Positions 1 through 13,491 are shown, counted from the first letter of the whole stretch. The stretch is 63,839 nucleotides of DNA, filler included, from Platydemus manokwari (GCA_037951405.1; 6 parts of 6 records of this genome joined end to end with filler, not necessarily neighbours in it); one strand, 5' to 3'. Numbers and translations: made by a program. The notes: generated from the sequence alone by a model not told the origin.

Positions 1-3000
1 ACAATATGATTGTTAAAAGATATAACCGAAAATTGAGAACACACAAGTGTCAACATGAATTATAATTAAATAATATTCCCAATCCTAATAGAAAATTTTA
101 ATCATGATATAAATTTATTTTCTTATTCATCGATTGCTCGATAATTTCTCTATATAAATAAAATAATCCATTTCCTAAACTAGAACCAACTAAATGAACA
201 ATTTCAGGACATAAAAAGCACTTAGTCAATTGATAAGAGCATCGAGATGAGAGAATTTATAATCTGATCTCCAGATAGAAAAGCGAAATTTAGCTCATCC
301 ACAAAATTTGTCAACAAAATAACACAAAAATCACTTCATTAAGATTTGAAAAAAAAATCATTCATCACATGTCACCCAATTGGATATCCACAAGAAAAAT
401 CAGTTCCAAAGAAAATTAATAGATTGTTGAAAGTTGTGAAAGAAATTACGTTTACGAAAATGAAATTATCAAACTCAATCAATAAAATTAATGTCGACAT
501 GAAAGTAAATACTGTCGTTGCTATGTAACGAAATGTATCAAGCTGTTAGCAACAAATCGTTTTTTGGTTTTTCTGATAATCGGTATTTTTTTTATTAAAG
601 CAAATAATCGCCATTTGGTTTTATACCGGGCATAAATCTCCACATTATTATTCATTGTTTCTCACGAATTATTTTCATATCGTGGTACTGAATTTGTTGT
701 CATAGAAGGACTTATTGAAACAAAGCATTGGAAAATTTTTGTTTATTAAATAATGATTTCTATTATAAGATTTATTAACACAATATATGGCCCATGTTAG
801 GTAATAATCTAAATAATTATTAAATAAATCATTTAGATTGTAAAAAGTAGTTTTTTTAATGATTAAGTGATTTTTTGTTTTATAATCGAATTTTGGAACT
901 ACTCATCCATTAATTGATAAGATGTTTATTCGAATTGGTTAAAAGTATATTTTTATCGGTGAAAAGTAAATGTCACAATAATAAATTACTTTGATTAGCA
1001 TTTAATTAATGAATGAAGCTTTATTTTCGATTTTTGTTCAATGTTAATGATTGTGGGTTGAAATTATTTTCAATTCTAAATAACCAATTTATTTCTGTTT
1101 TGATAAGATTTAGTTTTGTTGTTAATACTATAAATTATTTTATCACCCATTGGTTTATAAAAAATACACCAGCTTACGAGAATTTCTATTGCATGTTTAT
1201 AATTTTTTAAAATTTGATAGCAATAATCTAACTATGGATCGAGTAAATTAAAAATAAAATGATCAGATTCTTGTCTCAAATTTAATTGGTACTTAACAGA
1301 AAAACTGTACCATATTTCTTGTCATCATCTCTGATCAAATTTCGTTCCTTTGATAGTCACGCGGCCTTTATTGATTCTAAAAAATATCATAATTTTCGGT
1401 ATTTTATTCCATATTTTTTTCTTAAAAATTGAAATGTTATTATTAATAATTTTTCAGACTGTTCAGTCTGTGATTATATATAACAAACTCTTAATCGAAT
1501 CACAATATCCAAATCATTTTGTAATTTTCAAATGTGACTCGCGCTGATGTGGAATAAAAATAAAAAATTCAATCGAGCTGTGCCAATAATCCCAGTGATA
1601 AGTTAGAGTAAATTTGAGTGAAGTAGCTGTAACATCGAGCCAACCAAAGACAGAATAATGAAATACCGGGTTTCTATCCGTTATCGATGATTAGAAAAGA
1701 CTATAAAATCGGTATAATTGTGGACTACCTGATTCATAAATTTCAGTTGCATGGGTGGGAATAGTGGGTGCACTTGGATTTCTTTATAGTGATTTTTACT
1801 AGCAACTGATTTTAAAATTAATGTGATCAACTATTAATAAATGGTTTACTTACCCTTATTTTTTGTGAAATTGGCATATAAAATAATAAGGTAGAGTGGC
1901 AATAATAATTTTGTTTGAGGTTTTTTGAACTTTTTAATAAATGGGATTTCATTATCAGTTGTTGATAAAGACAGGGTTTTTAATTATCCCAAAATCTTAC
2001 TCTGTGCTACAATTGATCAATATTGATAAAGTACCGATTGATCGAAACATAAAATTATTTATTGATTTATTAAATACGTTATATCACCATTAACTCAAAC
2101 TTTATAACATATTTTTATTACTCTCTTCTCTTAATCTCTTTTGATTTTGGTAGTCGGAATAAAAATAAGATGTAGTTTTTAATATTTTTACAAAATTGAT
2201 TTGAAGAATTCCTTTTATTAAGTTTTATCGAGACGAGATTTGGCAAAAATCATTTTAATGATATAATGTTAAATATAATACCACTGACAATTATAATAAT
2301 TATCGCCAATAATAAGTGAGGCCTATATTCGTATTTAATAATGTCGTCATCATCGAAATGTCAAACTATTAGTTCACAATTTTTTGGTAAAGCATATTAA
2401 GAAAACAAAATCATTACAGTATAATATAAATACAATAAAGATATTTATTACAAAATAGTATTTATTTACTTTATGTATCCCTTTCATACAAATTCTTTCT
2501 ACGATGTTCCTTCCTGATTCTAATGTCTTTATCAATTTTGTATTTTATTGACTCCAGATTTTATCTTTTGGCGAGTAACCTCATTTTGCTTATCAGCACT
2601 GTAAATCGATAGTTGTTATCAATTCATTAGGATTTCCCGTCTAGACTGTCTCGATCTTTGTTATTTTTACTTTGTTTCTTTCGTCTATTTCTGATTCAGA
2701 ATATCAGTGAATTTCGGATAAAAATATACTTAATTTAGTCGCTGCTTTAATAGAACAAGATGTAGAATAATAAATCTGAATTAGGAGATAACTTGTAATT
2801 AATCTATCTTGACTGTAAATGTCAAATCATGATAACTCAGTTTCATACTCGGAATTTATTTTCATATAATTGTTTAAGTACTTTGATCCTTTTCAGTAGC
2901 CGCTTTTTTCTATATTGTATTTACATTGAGCATTTTAAAAATAAAGATTATGAATTATTAATTTATATAATGATAAATTTAAAGAAGAAATATATTTTTA

Positions 3001-3225
3001 TTATAAACTAGCAGTTATCAAAAATATTTTTTTCGTAATTAATTCAACTATTGTGGCAAAATATATTCTTAGTATGAATTATAAGCCTTATTTAAATTAT
3101 CTTTGATATATGGAAAGTCCACATAAGAAGATCTGGGAAAGTTAGAAGAGCTTCGAATTAGCATCAAGAGAGTAAGACTCATTTAGAAATTCGAGCTATA
3201 CACCTTCATCGTAGGAGTATTTGAA

Positions 3226-3397
3226 GCATGGTCTCTGTAAGCAGCTTCTTTTTTTATAAAGAACTCATTGAAAACGAACTGGAAACTCATGACACCAAAT
3301 TATCAATTTAGGAACAATTATTTAAACAAATTAATATCTTTTGATATTAATTTATATAACTTTTTGAATTTAAAATTTCAAATCGGCAGTCTCCACA
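3226..3397 (-). mobile_element. Diverged LTR of the TRIM family with degenerate PBS
   Basis: Plus strand reads gcatggtctc|TGTAAGCAGC...gaaaacgaactggaa...gacaccaaattat...aacaattatttaaacaaatt...ctccACA, matching the LTRs at 7983-8156 and 8383-8510. Confidence 0.6.
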
Positions 3398-5399
3398 AAA
3401 TAATATTATCATAAACAATCTAGGATTTCACAATAAAAAAGTAAAGTAAACTTTATTTGAATGCACAGGGCGAACATGAAGACAAGCTGCAAAAATGACA
3501 ATACCACTAATATTACTAAAGCTTTAAAAATACGTTACGCTTATAAAAGGAAAAACAAAGCATACAAATAAATGAGTATCAAAAGAATTTTCCTACAATG
3601 AAATTAGCCTGGCAAATGATTGGTACCGGTCCAAAGTGAACTGAATAATTGAAACACAGTAGATGACCTTCACAGAATAAAGAATAAAATAAATAAGAAA
3701 ACAATCAAAGCTAAGAATCTGTGTTAATGGTTACATTGAGACCTAACCAAACGACTCAACCTTGATTGGTATCGATTACTTGGATATTATTTTCTTAAAA
3801 TAATTACTGCAAAATTTATGTCACATGCACTGATTTCAATGATATAGGTTTATCGAACATGGTTTAAAAATAAAAAAAATAATTTTAAAGTAAAACTCTT
3901 AAGAAAATTATTATCAAATCCAAAGAATCAGTTCGAAAATTAATTTTTTCATTAATAATTACATGTTTGTCTAAATAAAAAAGTTTTTGAAAGATTAATT
4001 AAAAATCTTTCTCTCTTAACTTGTTTTGTTCAAAATCATTTGAGGTAAGAAATCATTTTCGATTTTTTAATCAGTCATGTATTAATCTTTACATTTGTTG
4101 TTTTCGAGCCCTATTTCTAAATATCAATTATAATTTTTAGTGATCACTTTATTCTGGATCAGTTTAAAATTCATGGATATTATCTTTGCTACTTAATTCG
4201 TTGCTATTATGACCAGTGACAATTTATGACACTTAATCAATTAATAATCAATGACTCAAATACAAAATTTTATTCTTAAATGACACCGATACAGTTTAAA
4301 CACCAAATAAAACAACTAAAATTGCAATGGATTTTGTTATTATACTGTACACCGAACTTTATGACGAACCTTATAATAACTGGATGAAACTTGATAGACT
4401 CCCCTTATTGGACCAAAATCGATTACCTTGAAGATTTTTGAGGTAAACCTCGATAGTAAGATTTACAGCGACGTATAGTATTGATCAGTATTTTAAATGA
4501 ATGTATCTTCATGATGGATCTTAGTAAAATACTGGATACATACAGAGTTTTTATTAGTAACACGAAATAATCTTCATTCTGCTGGAATGTAATTCTGTTG
4601 CGTTGTAATATTCGTATATTCACTGTAACTGTATCTGTAATTTCTGCTTTAGAAATATCTGTTAATGCGTATGTAATAATCGTGTCTGCTACCTTATATA
4701 GGTAACGACGAATCATTCATAGATATTCTCTACAATTAAAATTTAATGTCTCGCAAGTTTATTTTATTTCCATAAATTTATTATGGCAGAGAAATATTTT
4801 CTGCAATTAAATGTATTATATTTAGAAATATTCAATGTGATTTAATTTATTTAACGTAATTATTTTTTCGACAGCTAGAATTTATTAACCATGATAACTA
4901 ATAGTTTGACTAGCTATTTTATTTTACTAGACTGTTTTTTAATTGATAGGTTTATTATAGAGTAAACTTAATTGATTTTATTGATTAATAGAAATGCGGG
5001 AGGTGATGATTTATAATTGATATTATTTTGGATTAAATTTATATCATATTTTATAATTTTCATAAAAATATTATTTTCATGCCTACTCTAGAAAGAAATA
5101 ATGATAAATAAATATTTTTCAAACAATATACCATAAAATAAAAATAGTATTAATAAAATACTAAAATAAAAAGATGAAAAATAAAACACTAAAATTAATA
5201 ACGCAAAAGATAAAACATGATAATAGAATAAATTTAATTATTAAATTAAAGATAGCAACAAAGAAAGAAAGAAGAGAATAATATAAATAGGACCATAAGT
5301 GGCAGTTGCCTGTACGAATATTAAGAAAAAATTTATTTTTATTTACACTGAGATAGTTCAACATTAGACAAAGCCCACAATTCTAATTCAATATCAAAC

Positions 5400-5820
5400 G
5401 TTCAATGTTATTCTACGCCAGCAATTAAACCTGATATTACAATTCGTTGTTATACCATATCACTCAACGAAATTCAGGCAGAGCAGTTACTCGTACACAG
5501 ACTTTTATATGAAAATCCTTTTTAGCAGAAGAGATCGATTATTAGTGGTATTCAAACTACTCAAGTTTACTGTTAGGCAAAATTTTTTGAACATTACTTA
5601 TATTAGTCTTAACTTATTTATAATAAATTTACATGATAATTCCTTGAATTTAAATGGATTGGACCCAGTCCAACCATTCTATAAAATACATAAAACTGTA
5701 TAATCCACGCTCAAACTCACTTTGAATCGAGTGATTGCTGGAACTTATAGGTCAAATCCTGAGCACGCCACTCGATAAACAGGACCCTTGCGACGAAATC
5801 ATAGGAGACATTGAACTATC
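5400..5820 (+). mobile_element. Possible decayed Ty3/gypsy integrase C-terminal remnant
   Basis: Short translated islands ILFSRR and TGPLRRNHRRH resemble the gypsy integrase tail motifs LFGR and RRNxxH; heavily disrupted. Confidence 0.25.
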
Positions 5821-6798
5821 TTTACAGAACAGTCTTCTACATAATTCATAGTCTAACACCTGGTTATTGTTTTAAATATTTGTTTGTTTATTGTTATATC
5901 TATCAATTCCGTATAATATATTTCAGTTATATATTTGCAAAGGTATTCATGGTTATCCTTGGAGTTAAATAACGACGTACATTTTTGATTATTTATATTT
6001 TATATTTACCTTTAAAAGTCATTAATATAATTAACATTTTATTGAACTCCTTACGAAACCAACACAAAAATATTTTATACATCTAATAGTATTGTTTTGA
6101 TTACATCACAAATCGATACACAGCTATTGTCAGATTATTGTCTTTTAAATTGTTAATAGCCCCAAACAGATGCACAATAATCTTTATTCTCAACTTATTA
6201 AAAGGCTAAAATTAGCTTGAAAATATATTTTAGAAAATTAGAATTTTTCTGGACAAGAGGAAATTGAGTTAGAAAATACAAAAACAAATTTCATAAAAGT
6301 TAATTATTTTCCTGTATTCTCCAAGAGACCAGTAGAAAGCTTATTTAAACAAAGATGTTATTGTTTCTTAAAAAAGGAAAAGTTTTAATTTTGGTATAAT
6401 TATAGTTGATAATTAGATATCGTCCAACTTGGTAAATTAAACAAATAATTTAAATACAGATTTTTCTCTCTATTTTTAATAACGAAATTTTAGAAAAAAC
6501 CTTATTATTTAAACAATAAATTATTACAAGTTATTCAAATTATGAAATTATTAGAAAATGAAAGTGTCACACATAGCAATTTTACCCCAATCAATTCAAT
6601 TTAGATGTATAAAATGTAGCATATTTATATACTTCTTTATCGACTGATTCAATTTTGATTATCTGACATCTGGGGTTGGGTCTTTCTGATGAGATGAGTT
6701 TCAAAACTTAAAACAACGATGTGGGTGTGCACTAAGCTAAATGATTTGTAGAAAAATATCAGTTAAATTATGATTCAAATCCAAGAATAAAATCACAC

Positions 6799-7077
6799 TG
6801 TAAACCGCTACTGTTTTATAAAAAACGCATCGAAAACGAACTGAAAAGACTCGACATTCAATTCTATTTTAAAGACAATTATTTAAACAAATAAAGAAAA
6901 TTTAATACCAAATTAAATTCAATATAAAATTCAATTCAATTTAATAACAAATTCAAAATAAAATCAAATTCAATTTAAAATCAAATTCAATACAACATTA
7001 AATTAAATATAAAGCTTAATTCAATATAAATCAAATTCTATACTAATTCAAATTGAATTCAATTTGATATTCTCACA
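6799..7077 (-). mobile_element. Solo LTR of the TRIM family with expanded AAATTCAAT-like internal repeats
   Basis: Plus strand starts TGTAAACCGCTA, contains the core acgcatcgaaaacgaactgaaaagac and ends TTCTCACA; no TSD seen. Confidence 0.65.
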
Positions 7078-7818
7078 CTAATAATTCGAAAATAATATAA
7101 ATAATTAAAAATAATGTATAATTAATTACAGACATTATTAAAACAAAACCGATATCACAAACATTTACCAATTCAACGAATACTTACATGTTTCAAACGA
7201 TACAGAAAATCTGAAAGGAAAATCAATGAAAATTTAACGCTGATAATAAACAGTCACCATTCAACGTAATTGAGATAATGCAAAGTGTCACATTTCAAGG
7301 CTTCGATTAAAATGAATAACAACGACAAATCCATCGACAATTTGATGGATGGAATAATTAATTGTAAAAATTTCATATCTGCAATTTCGACTGTCACAGT
7401 CAGAGAAATATCGAGAAATGATATCACACAGGTTATCATTAAATCAACTCGATAATATTTAATTTTAATAACCACGAAATTTGTATGAAGAATTAATGAT
7501 TGGGTTTTGTTGAATTGGATTCAATTATAAAATTTATAAATTCTATTTCACCAGATCCAGCTGACAAAATTAAAATCAACCTATAAATAATAAATATTAG
7601 CTGCTGTCGTGACTTTTAAGGTGTATCTCGCGATTTGCAAATTTTAAGAAGACATTTTTCTGAACAAAATCGATAGTCGTATATTTATTTGAATTGAATT
7701 TGCAAAGTATTTTATACAAATCAAATACCAACAATAGATGACATGTTGGATTGGATATTCAGATTAGAAATAATTAAATGAGGATTAAACAAAATATAGT
7801 TTTTGACAATTAATGATC

Positions 7819-8919
7819 TGAGCTATTATTACTTTATGAGGCACGCATTTGAAACGAACTGAATAGTCAGGACACTAAATTATATATTAAAATGCAATAA
7901 TTTAAACAAATTAATTTAATTTTATACAAAATTTGAATTAAATATTAGAAATTTAATTCATTTAGAAATTCTCACATCCCCTGGTAAGCCGCTATTATTT
8001 TATAAAACACGCATCGAAAACGAAATGAAAAAGACACGACACCAAATTATGTAATTAAATACAATTATATAAACAAATTATTATCATTTTATATAAATCT
8101 AAATTCGATATAAAATTAATTCTTCAAAAAATTAATTCAGTTCTAAAATTCTCACATCGCCCTTTCTTTAAAATATTTTATTTACTTTTTATTCTCAAAT
8201 GACATTGTATCCAATACTATACATGTTTATCTCTTTAATTATCTCTAATTCTTCTATCTTATTTACATCTAATCTACACCTTCTTTATAACTTTTTCTTT
8301 TAGTCCCAACATCTTCCTCCTTCTTCTCCATAATTTACAGGCACTGGACTTCTCAGAATCGGATCCAGATGCGTGGTCGCCATGTAAGGCGCAATTATTT
8401 TTTTAAAAAAGACGCATCAAAAACAAACTGAAATATAAATTTATATAATTTTATATGAAATTAAATTTTACATCAAAAAAATTTACATCAAAAATTTTAA
8501 TATTCTCACATCTCTATTTACTTAAAATCTTTGATGTACTTTGAAGTCTTAATTGACATTGTATCGAATACTCTACATACTTATCAGCGTAAAATTCTCT
8601 AATTCTTCTATCTTCTTTAAATTGTTTTGTATCTCCTTTATAATTTCTCTACGGCTTGTTTATATCCTTTTTATACATTCTCAATATCTCAATCCTTCTC
8701 TTTGATTATTATCAGTCATTGACTATCTCAAAATCCAATCTAGATGCGTAGTTGCCATATAAGCTACTATTGCTACTAGGTAGCTCTCATTTAAAACGAA
8801 CTGAAAAGTCAGTACACTAAATTATTTATTTAAATACCGTTATATAAACAAATTAATATAATTTTATATAAAATTTGAATTATATTTATAAAATGTTTAT
8901 TCATTTAACAATACTCACA
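7819..8919 (-). mobile_element. Tandem array of a TRIM (terminal-repeat retrotransposon in miniature)
   Basis: Four LTRs (~7819-7976, 7983-8156, 8383-8510, 8758-8919) and two homologous internal regions (8157-8382, 8511-8757). On the minus strand, LTR ...TTACA is followed by PBS TGGCGACCACG, and PPT AAAGAAAGGGCGA precedes TGTGAGAA. Confidence 0.8.
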
Positions 8920-9228
8920 AATTTAATATTTTATTTACAAAGTAGAATCGATGTCGACACAAACAGAGTCATTTATTATTGGAGGTTATTGATAAGGGTT
9001 TAGTGATTGGTTAAATACCAATAATATAAATAATCAATAAATTATTTAATATCTAATACAGATAAATAAAATTTTGATTCCCATTTCGAATGAATCAAGT
9101 CATCCAAGTTTAATAATATGTCTAAGAGTTCATCTTTGGAATAAAGATCCGGAATTGTTTTTGTTCAAAGTGGAAAAGAAATAAACACAAACAAAATCTG
9201 ATTTCGATCAGATTTTATCAAAAATAAC

Positions 9229-9500
9229 CTTCGGAATCATTTTTAGATTCATTTCTTATCAATCTTTCGTCTTCTAAACGCAAAATATTTGCGACTTGTC
9301 TTCTCAATAAATCCGGTTCCGTGAAATAATTCATAAAAAACCAATCCATGCACCAAATAACACATCTTTATTTCTTTGTCAGCCGTACATAGAAACAGGA
9401 AGAATTAATCATTCTATTTCCGTCAATTCAACTTTTCTTCTCGTTCAACCAGAGACTTCCATTTTTCTTCTTGAATTTGCTTTTCGTCTCTACAGACGTG
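9229..9500 (-). CDS. Two putative exons (9433-9500, 9229-9365), weakly similar to C2orf50/C20orf85-type ciliary proteins
   Basis: A phase-compatible GT-AG join gives HVCRDEKQIQEEKWKSLVEREEKCVIWCMDWFFMNYFTEPDLLRRQVANILRLEDE; the QxxxW...E...WxxxWxF pattern is recalled from that family. No start exon found. Confidence 0.3.
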
Positions 9501-10577
9501 CTGAAATATTCTATCTGACTTCAGTAGTTTTTTAAAAAGTCATTCTATTACATTATTGATAAAAATGTAAAAAGCACACGCGGTTTTATTAATTTCTACC
9601 AAGCATCTTCAAAATCCTTGTATTTGTCTATAGAGAGTGTGTTTTGAGGGGACACAATTGATTTATATAATGATAATATATACATAAATAATATACACAC
9701 CTACAATTTAAATACATCAATACTACTTGAAATACGTTATTGATTTATTTTCATTATATAACGTCAATAAGAACTGCGAATATTCTTTAAAAGAATAAAA
9801 ATAGCTAGTATTCCTATAGAAAAGCTAGTATTTTTAAAAGATGGATTTAAATTAACCAGGAAGTTCCGTTGAATTATAATGTTAGATATAAGTATTGTCA
9901 TGTATTGATCTCAGAATAAAGATTTGTGATTCTATTAGTGAATTCTATTAGTGATTCTATTGTGAACCTATTAGTCAAATACAAAGACTAATATTAATTG
10001 TAGGATTGATACATTCACCGAATTCTGGATTGATTTACTGCAAATAGAAGGTTCCTCTCGCTCCCTTTTCTATCTCTTCCACTTCCATCACCCCTCTCTC
10101 CCTTTACCTCTAGATTTTGAATTTACGATTAATTTTTATATAATTAATTTTGTTTTATGAAATTTTCTTAAGTTTTATAATTTTAAAAGTTCATGAGAAT
10201 TAATCATAGTTAATAAAATACAAACTAATTGACTGAAAATCAATACAATTTCATAATTGATCTCTGAATTATCGAATCAATCTAATAAATAACTAATTGA
10301 AGAATGTAAAAATCGAAAAAAAATAAAATAACAAAGGAATATTAAATATCTAAAATCACTTTAACGGAACAACTATTAGAGAAAATTAGTACTCTGTTCG
10401 ATTAAAAATCCATCCAAGAATTTTAGTTAACAAAGCTTTCAAAGAGAAATTCAAAAATTATCTAAAATTTTTAATTAATGTCGTTGATTTTGTAACTCAT
10501 AATTAATTCATTTTCCTTTTCGCATGACTGAATTATGTTCATGGTTGATTAAGAAATCAATGGAAATAAATTCATAC

Positions 10578-11081
10578 CAATAAATGGTTGTCTCGATGAT
10601 GAAGAAACTTGGTTTGGATGCCATCGTGTAGAAGATAAAATTATTCTTGGAGATTTTTCCACGCTTTCAATTCGAAGACAATTATTACTGTAAAATATGG
10701 TCATTATACATTCTGCTGTATCGGTGTCATTCTTACATTGCAGAAAAATCATGTTTGACAAATGCAGGTGATTTAAATTGTCTTTGTCGTGGTGATGTTT
10801 GCGAGGTGGAGGGGGCTTTCTTCACTCGAATCTATAGGAAATATATACAATGACTTCGAACCCTCCATACATACAGTATATATACATCATATTCTTCATT
10901 CAATTCAATTGAATTGACAGTGGCATTTGGAGTGATATTGTCATCATCATTATCAGGATCCACAGATAAATTGTCATCACAGATATTGATTTTAGAGACA
11001 TCTATGAGGGTCCTTTTATTTGATAGTTCTCGTGTATTATCGCCTAAATTACTGGTTTGTCCTCTAGTTGAAAGGAATACC
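10578..11081 (-). CDS. Three consecutive exons of an unidentified gene
   Basis: Open, phase-consistent exons VFLSTRGQ...NEEYD / IRVKKAPSTSQTSPRQRQFKSPAFVKHDFSAI / NNCLRIESVEKSPR...QPFI, separated by ~50-nt GT-AG introns. Confidence 0.5.
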
Positions 11082-11099
11082 CTGAAAGGATAAAAACAC

Positions 11100-11331
11100 T
11101 GAGAGATATTTTATATGAATTAAATTTTAAATTCAGATTTAATTCAAAACAATTTTTAATTCACATTTGAATTCAAATTTGATTCAGATGTAATTCTAAT
11201 TTTATGAAAAAAATATATTAATAAAACAATTAGATTTATTTGTTAAAATATTTGTATTTAAATAGATTTGTTGTGTATTGACTTTTCAGTGCGTTTTTAA
11301 TGTGTGGTTTTTAAAATAGTAGCGGCTAACA
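11100..11331 (+). mobile_element. Solo LTR of the TRIM family with 5-bp target-site duplication
   Basis: TGAGAG...cttttcagtgcgttttt...tagtagcggctaaCA, flanked on both sides by AACAC (11095-11099 and 11332-11336). Confidence 0.8.
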
Positions 11332-11404
11332 AACACGATTAACATAAAATTGAAAGATCATAGGTTATTGTATTATGGTTTCAAATTAGCACACCTCTAA
11401 CATG

Positions 11405-11504
11405 NNNNNNNNNNNNNNNNNNNNNNNNNNNNNNNNNNNNNNNNNNNNTTAATTAATTAANNNNNNNNNNNNNNNNNNNNNNNNNNNNNNNNNNNNNNNN
11501 NNNN
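11405..11504. other. Artificial contig spacer
   Basis: N44-TTAATTAATTAA-N44, with stops in all six frames. Confidence 0.97.
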
Positions 11505-11863
11505 GTCGACTTAGTGTCAACATGATCAATGAGAAATTATTTGTATTGATTTGGTTTGGATTAGTTGTAATGTTATTGAGTCATGTGATTAGTTTATTGG
11601 TGTGGATAACAAGAGTAGTGATTCCTTATAGACGATTGAGAATCATTAAAAAAGTTTTCAAAATCAAAGATGTTGACATTCGTGATAGAAATACATTGAA
11701 GAAATTCGTTTTCGATTTCTTGAAAATCGATGGAATATTTCTCATCAATATGTTGGAAAGAAATGCCGGAGATTTGATTTCATCAGATGTTGTTCATGAA
11801 TTGTGGATGTCATACTGTTCAGATTTATCGATTGATTCATGCGATGCGATTAGCAATCAATGA
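11505..11863 (+). CDS. inx: Innexin (gap-junction protein), 3' part; 5' end lost at contig edge
   Basis: RLSVNMINEKLFVLIWFG (innexin CxLxxNxxNEK motif plus TM4), then FLKIDGIFLINMLERNAGDLISSDVVHELW, the conserved innexin C-terminal motif. Confidence 0.92.
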
Positions 11864-12989
11864 GTGACTGATATGATATCAAATAATGGTTGATTATTGA
11901 TTATAGTGATGGTTGAGTGAATATTTATTGATTAATTATTGATTATAAGATTTAGTTGTTATGGGAAACTAAATAAATTCGTCGACCTTTATAGCAGTAA
12001 AATTTTGTTACTTTAAACTGACAGTCACTTGGGAATTTTATTATTTTTCGGTATTTAGTACCGTTATTCTTCTAAATTTTTAAATTATTCGCCTAATTAC
12101 AATTTTGACCTTTAAAAGTTTGGATTTAATAAAATTAATCGATTTTTACTCATTTTCATCAATTCTCTTTAATTTTTATAAATAATAATATATTTCAGAA
12201 ACGTATTTATGCACATAGAGTAATAATTGGATCAATAATAAATGTCAAATTATCAATAAATACCAATAATCGGTGAAAATGGAAGCAGGGATATCAGGAT
12301 AAATATTGACTAATGTCAAGATAAAGATCAAAAGATGTCATATCATAAATATAGATCTTCATTTAATATTTGAATTGGATTGGATTGGGATTAGGAATTT
12401 GAAGATTGGATTTATTTATTCTGCATTTATCTTCTTACACTGTTCATATGGGCTAACAATCATGAGGTCCACTTTCAAAACTTGAGTATAACATTAATTA
12501 GCACATATTCTCTGGCTCTTCTCAACAATATATAACAGATAATCTAGTATAAACATAATTTTGGAATATTTTATTAAATTTCAAAACATGAATTATAATG
12601 ATTACTGCATAATAAGTGAAGACGGTCGTTTATGTGTATACAGTATTGTATTTGTGTTGTAATATTAAAATCAATTGCTTGCTTATTGTATAATTTTGTA
12701 TTGGTGTTTTCCAACATACTAAAACTTACTGTAGTTAAAGGTTGTTTTGATATTTCGTCGTTTGACAAATTATATAGGATAATTTAATTTGAGACTGATT
12801 GCTTAGAATAAAATTGGACCATTGTTGCCAATCATACTATCATCGTATAGTATTGATTGCGAGGTCAAAATAGGTATTCTAAGGTTTTATATTTTGTACG
12901 TTGGGTTTGATTAGGGCCCACAGAGACTGAAAAAGACAACAGTGATCCACAATAGCAATTTTATTGAGACTGGTAGGAATTAGAAATAA

Positions 12990-13240
12990 ACAAAACCAAT
13001 ACAAGCCCCAAACACAAAAAAGCTTCTTAGGAATTTGTGGTTACTACAGTTGTATTGGAGAAAATTCGTGACTTTAGACGAATAATGAGGGAAGAATAAC
13101 AATAAACTCATATGGAACGAAGTATGTTATGAGGCATTCCAAGAAATGGAAAAAGCGTTGCAGAATCACCAATTTTTACATTACCAGCTTCAATAACGCA
13201 TTGATTTTGACGCCAACATTTCATGCTACAGGCATTATCA
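12990..13240 (+). mobile_element. Decayed Ty3/gypsy pol (RT thumb/connection)
   Basis: SFLGICGYY (13021), LIWNEVCYEAFQEMEKAL and SPIFTLP match the SFLGxxGYY, WxxxxxxAFxxLKxxL and PxLxxP motifs; frameshifted. Confidence 0.75.
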
Positions 13241-13365
13241 TAATCGGATTCAAATGCGTTATCTTGTAAATATCTAAATTATCGGTTACAGCTTTTGATA
13301 AACTGTTCAATATAGTCTCCTCGTTTGTATTTTTCTTGCACAACTCTGCTTAAAATCGCATCCCC

Positions 13366-13491
13366 TACTTTTTTTATAAAGCACGCTTTAAAAAAGATGC
13401 TCAATTATTTTTCTAAGACAATTATTCGAGCAAATTGATGTGTTATAAAAATCTGATTTTCAAATTTTTCAATTTATTATAAATCCTCACA
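13366..13491 (-). mobile_element. Truncated TRIM LTR remnant
   Basis: tttttataaagcacgc...acaattattcgagcaaatt...cctCACA, similar to the other LTR copies. Confidence 0.45.

Noticed and set aside
4423-4716. 97-aa ORF with faint Mutator-like LTDISKAEI
   Set aside because: No further catalytic motifs or termini.
7819-8919. CRISPR-like repeat-spacer array
   Set aside because: Repeats are 130-175 bp and diverged, the spacers are homologous to each other, and PBS/PPT show LTR structure; the context is eukaryotic.
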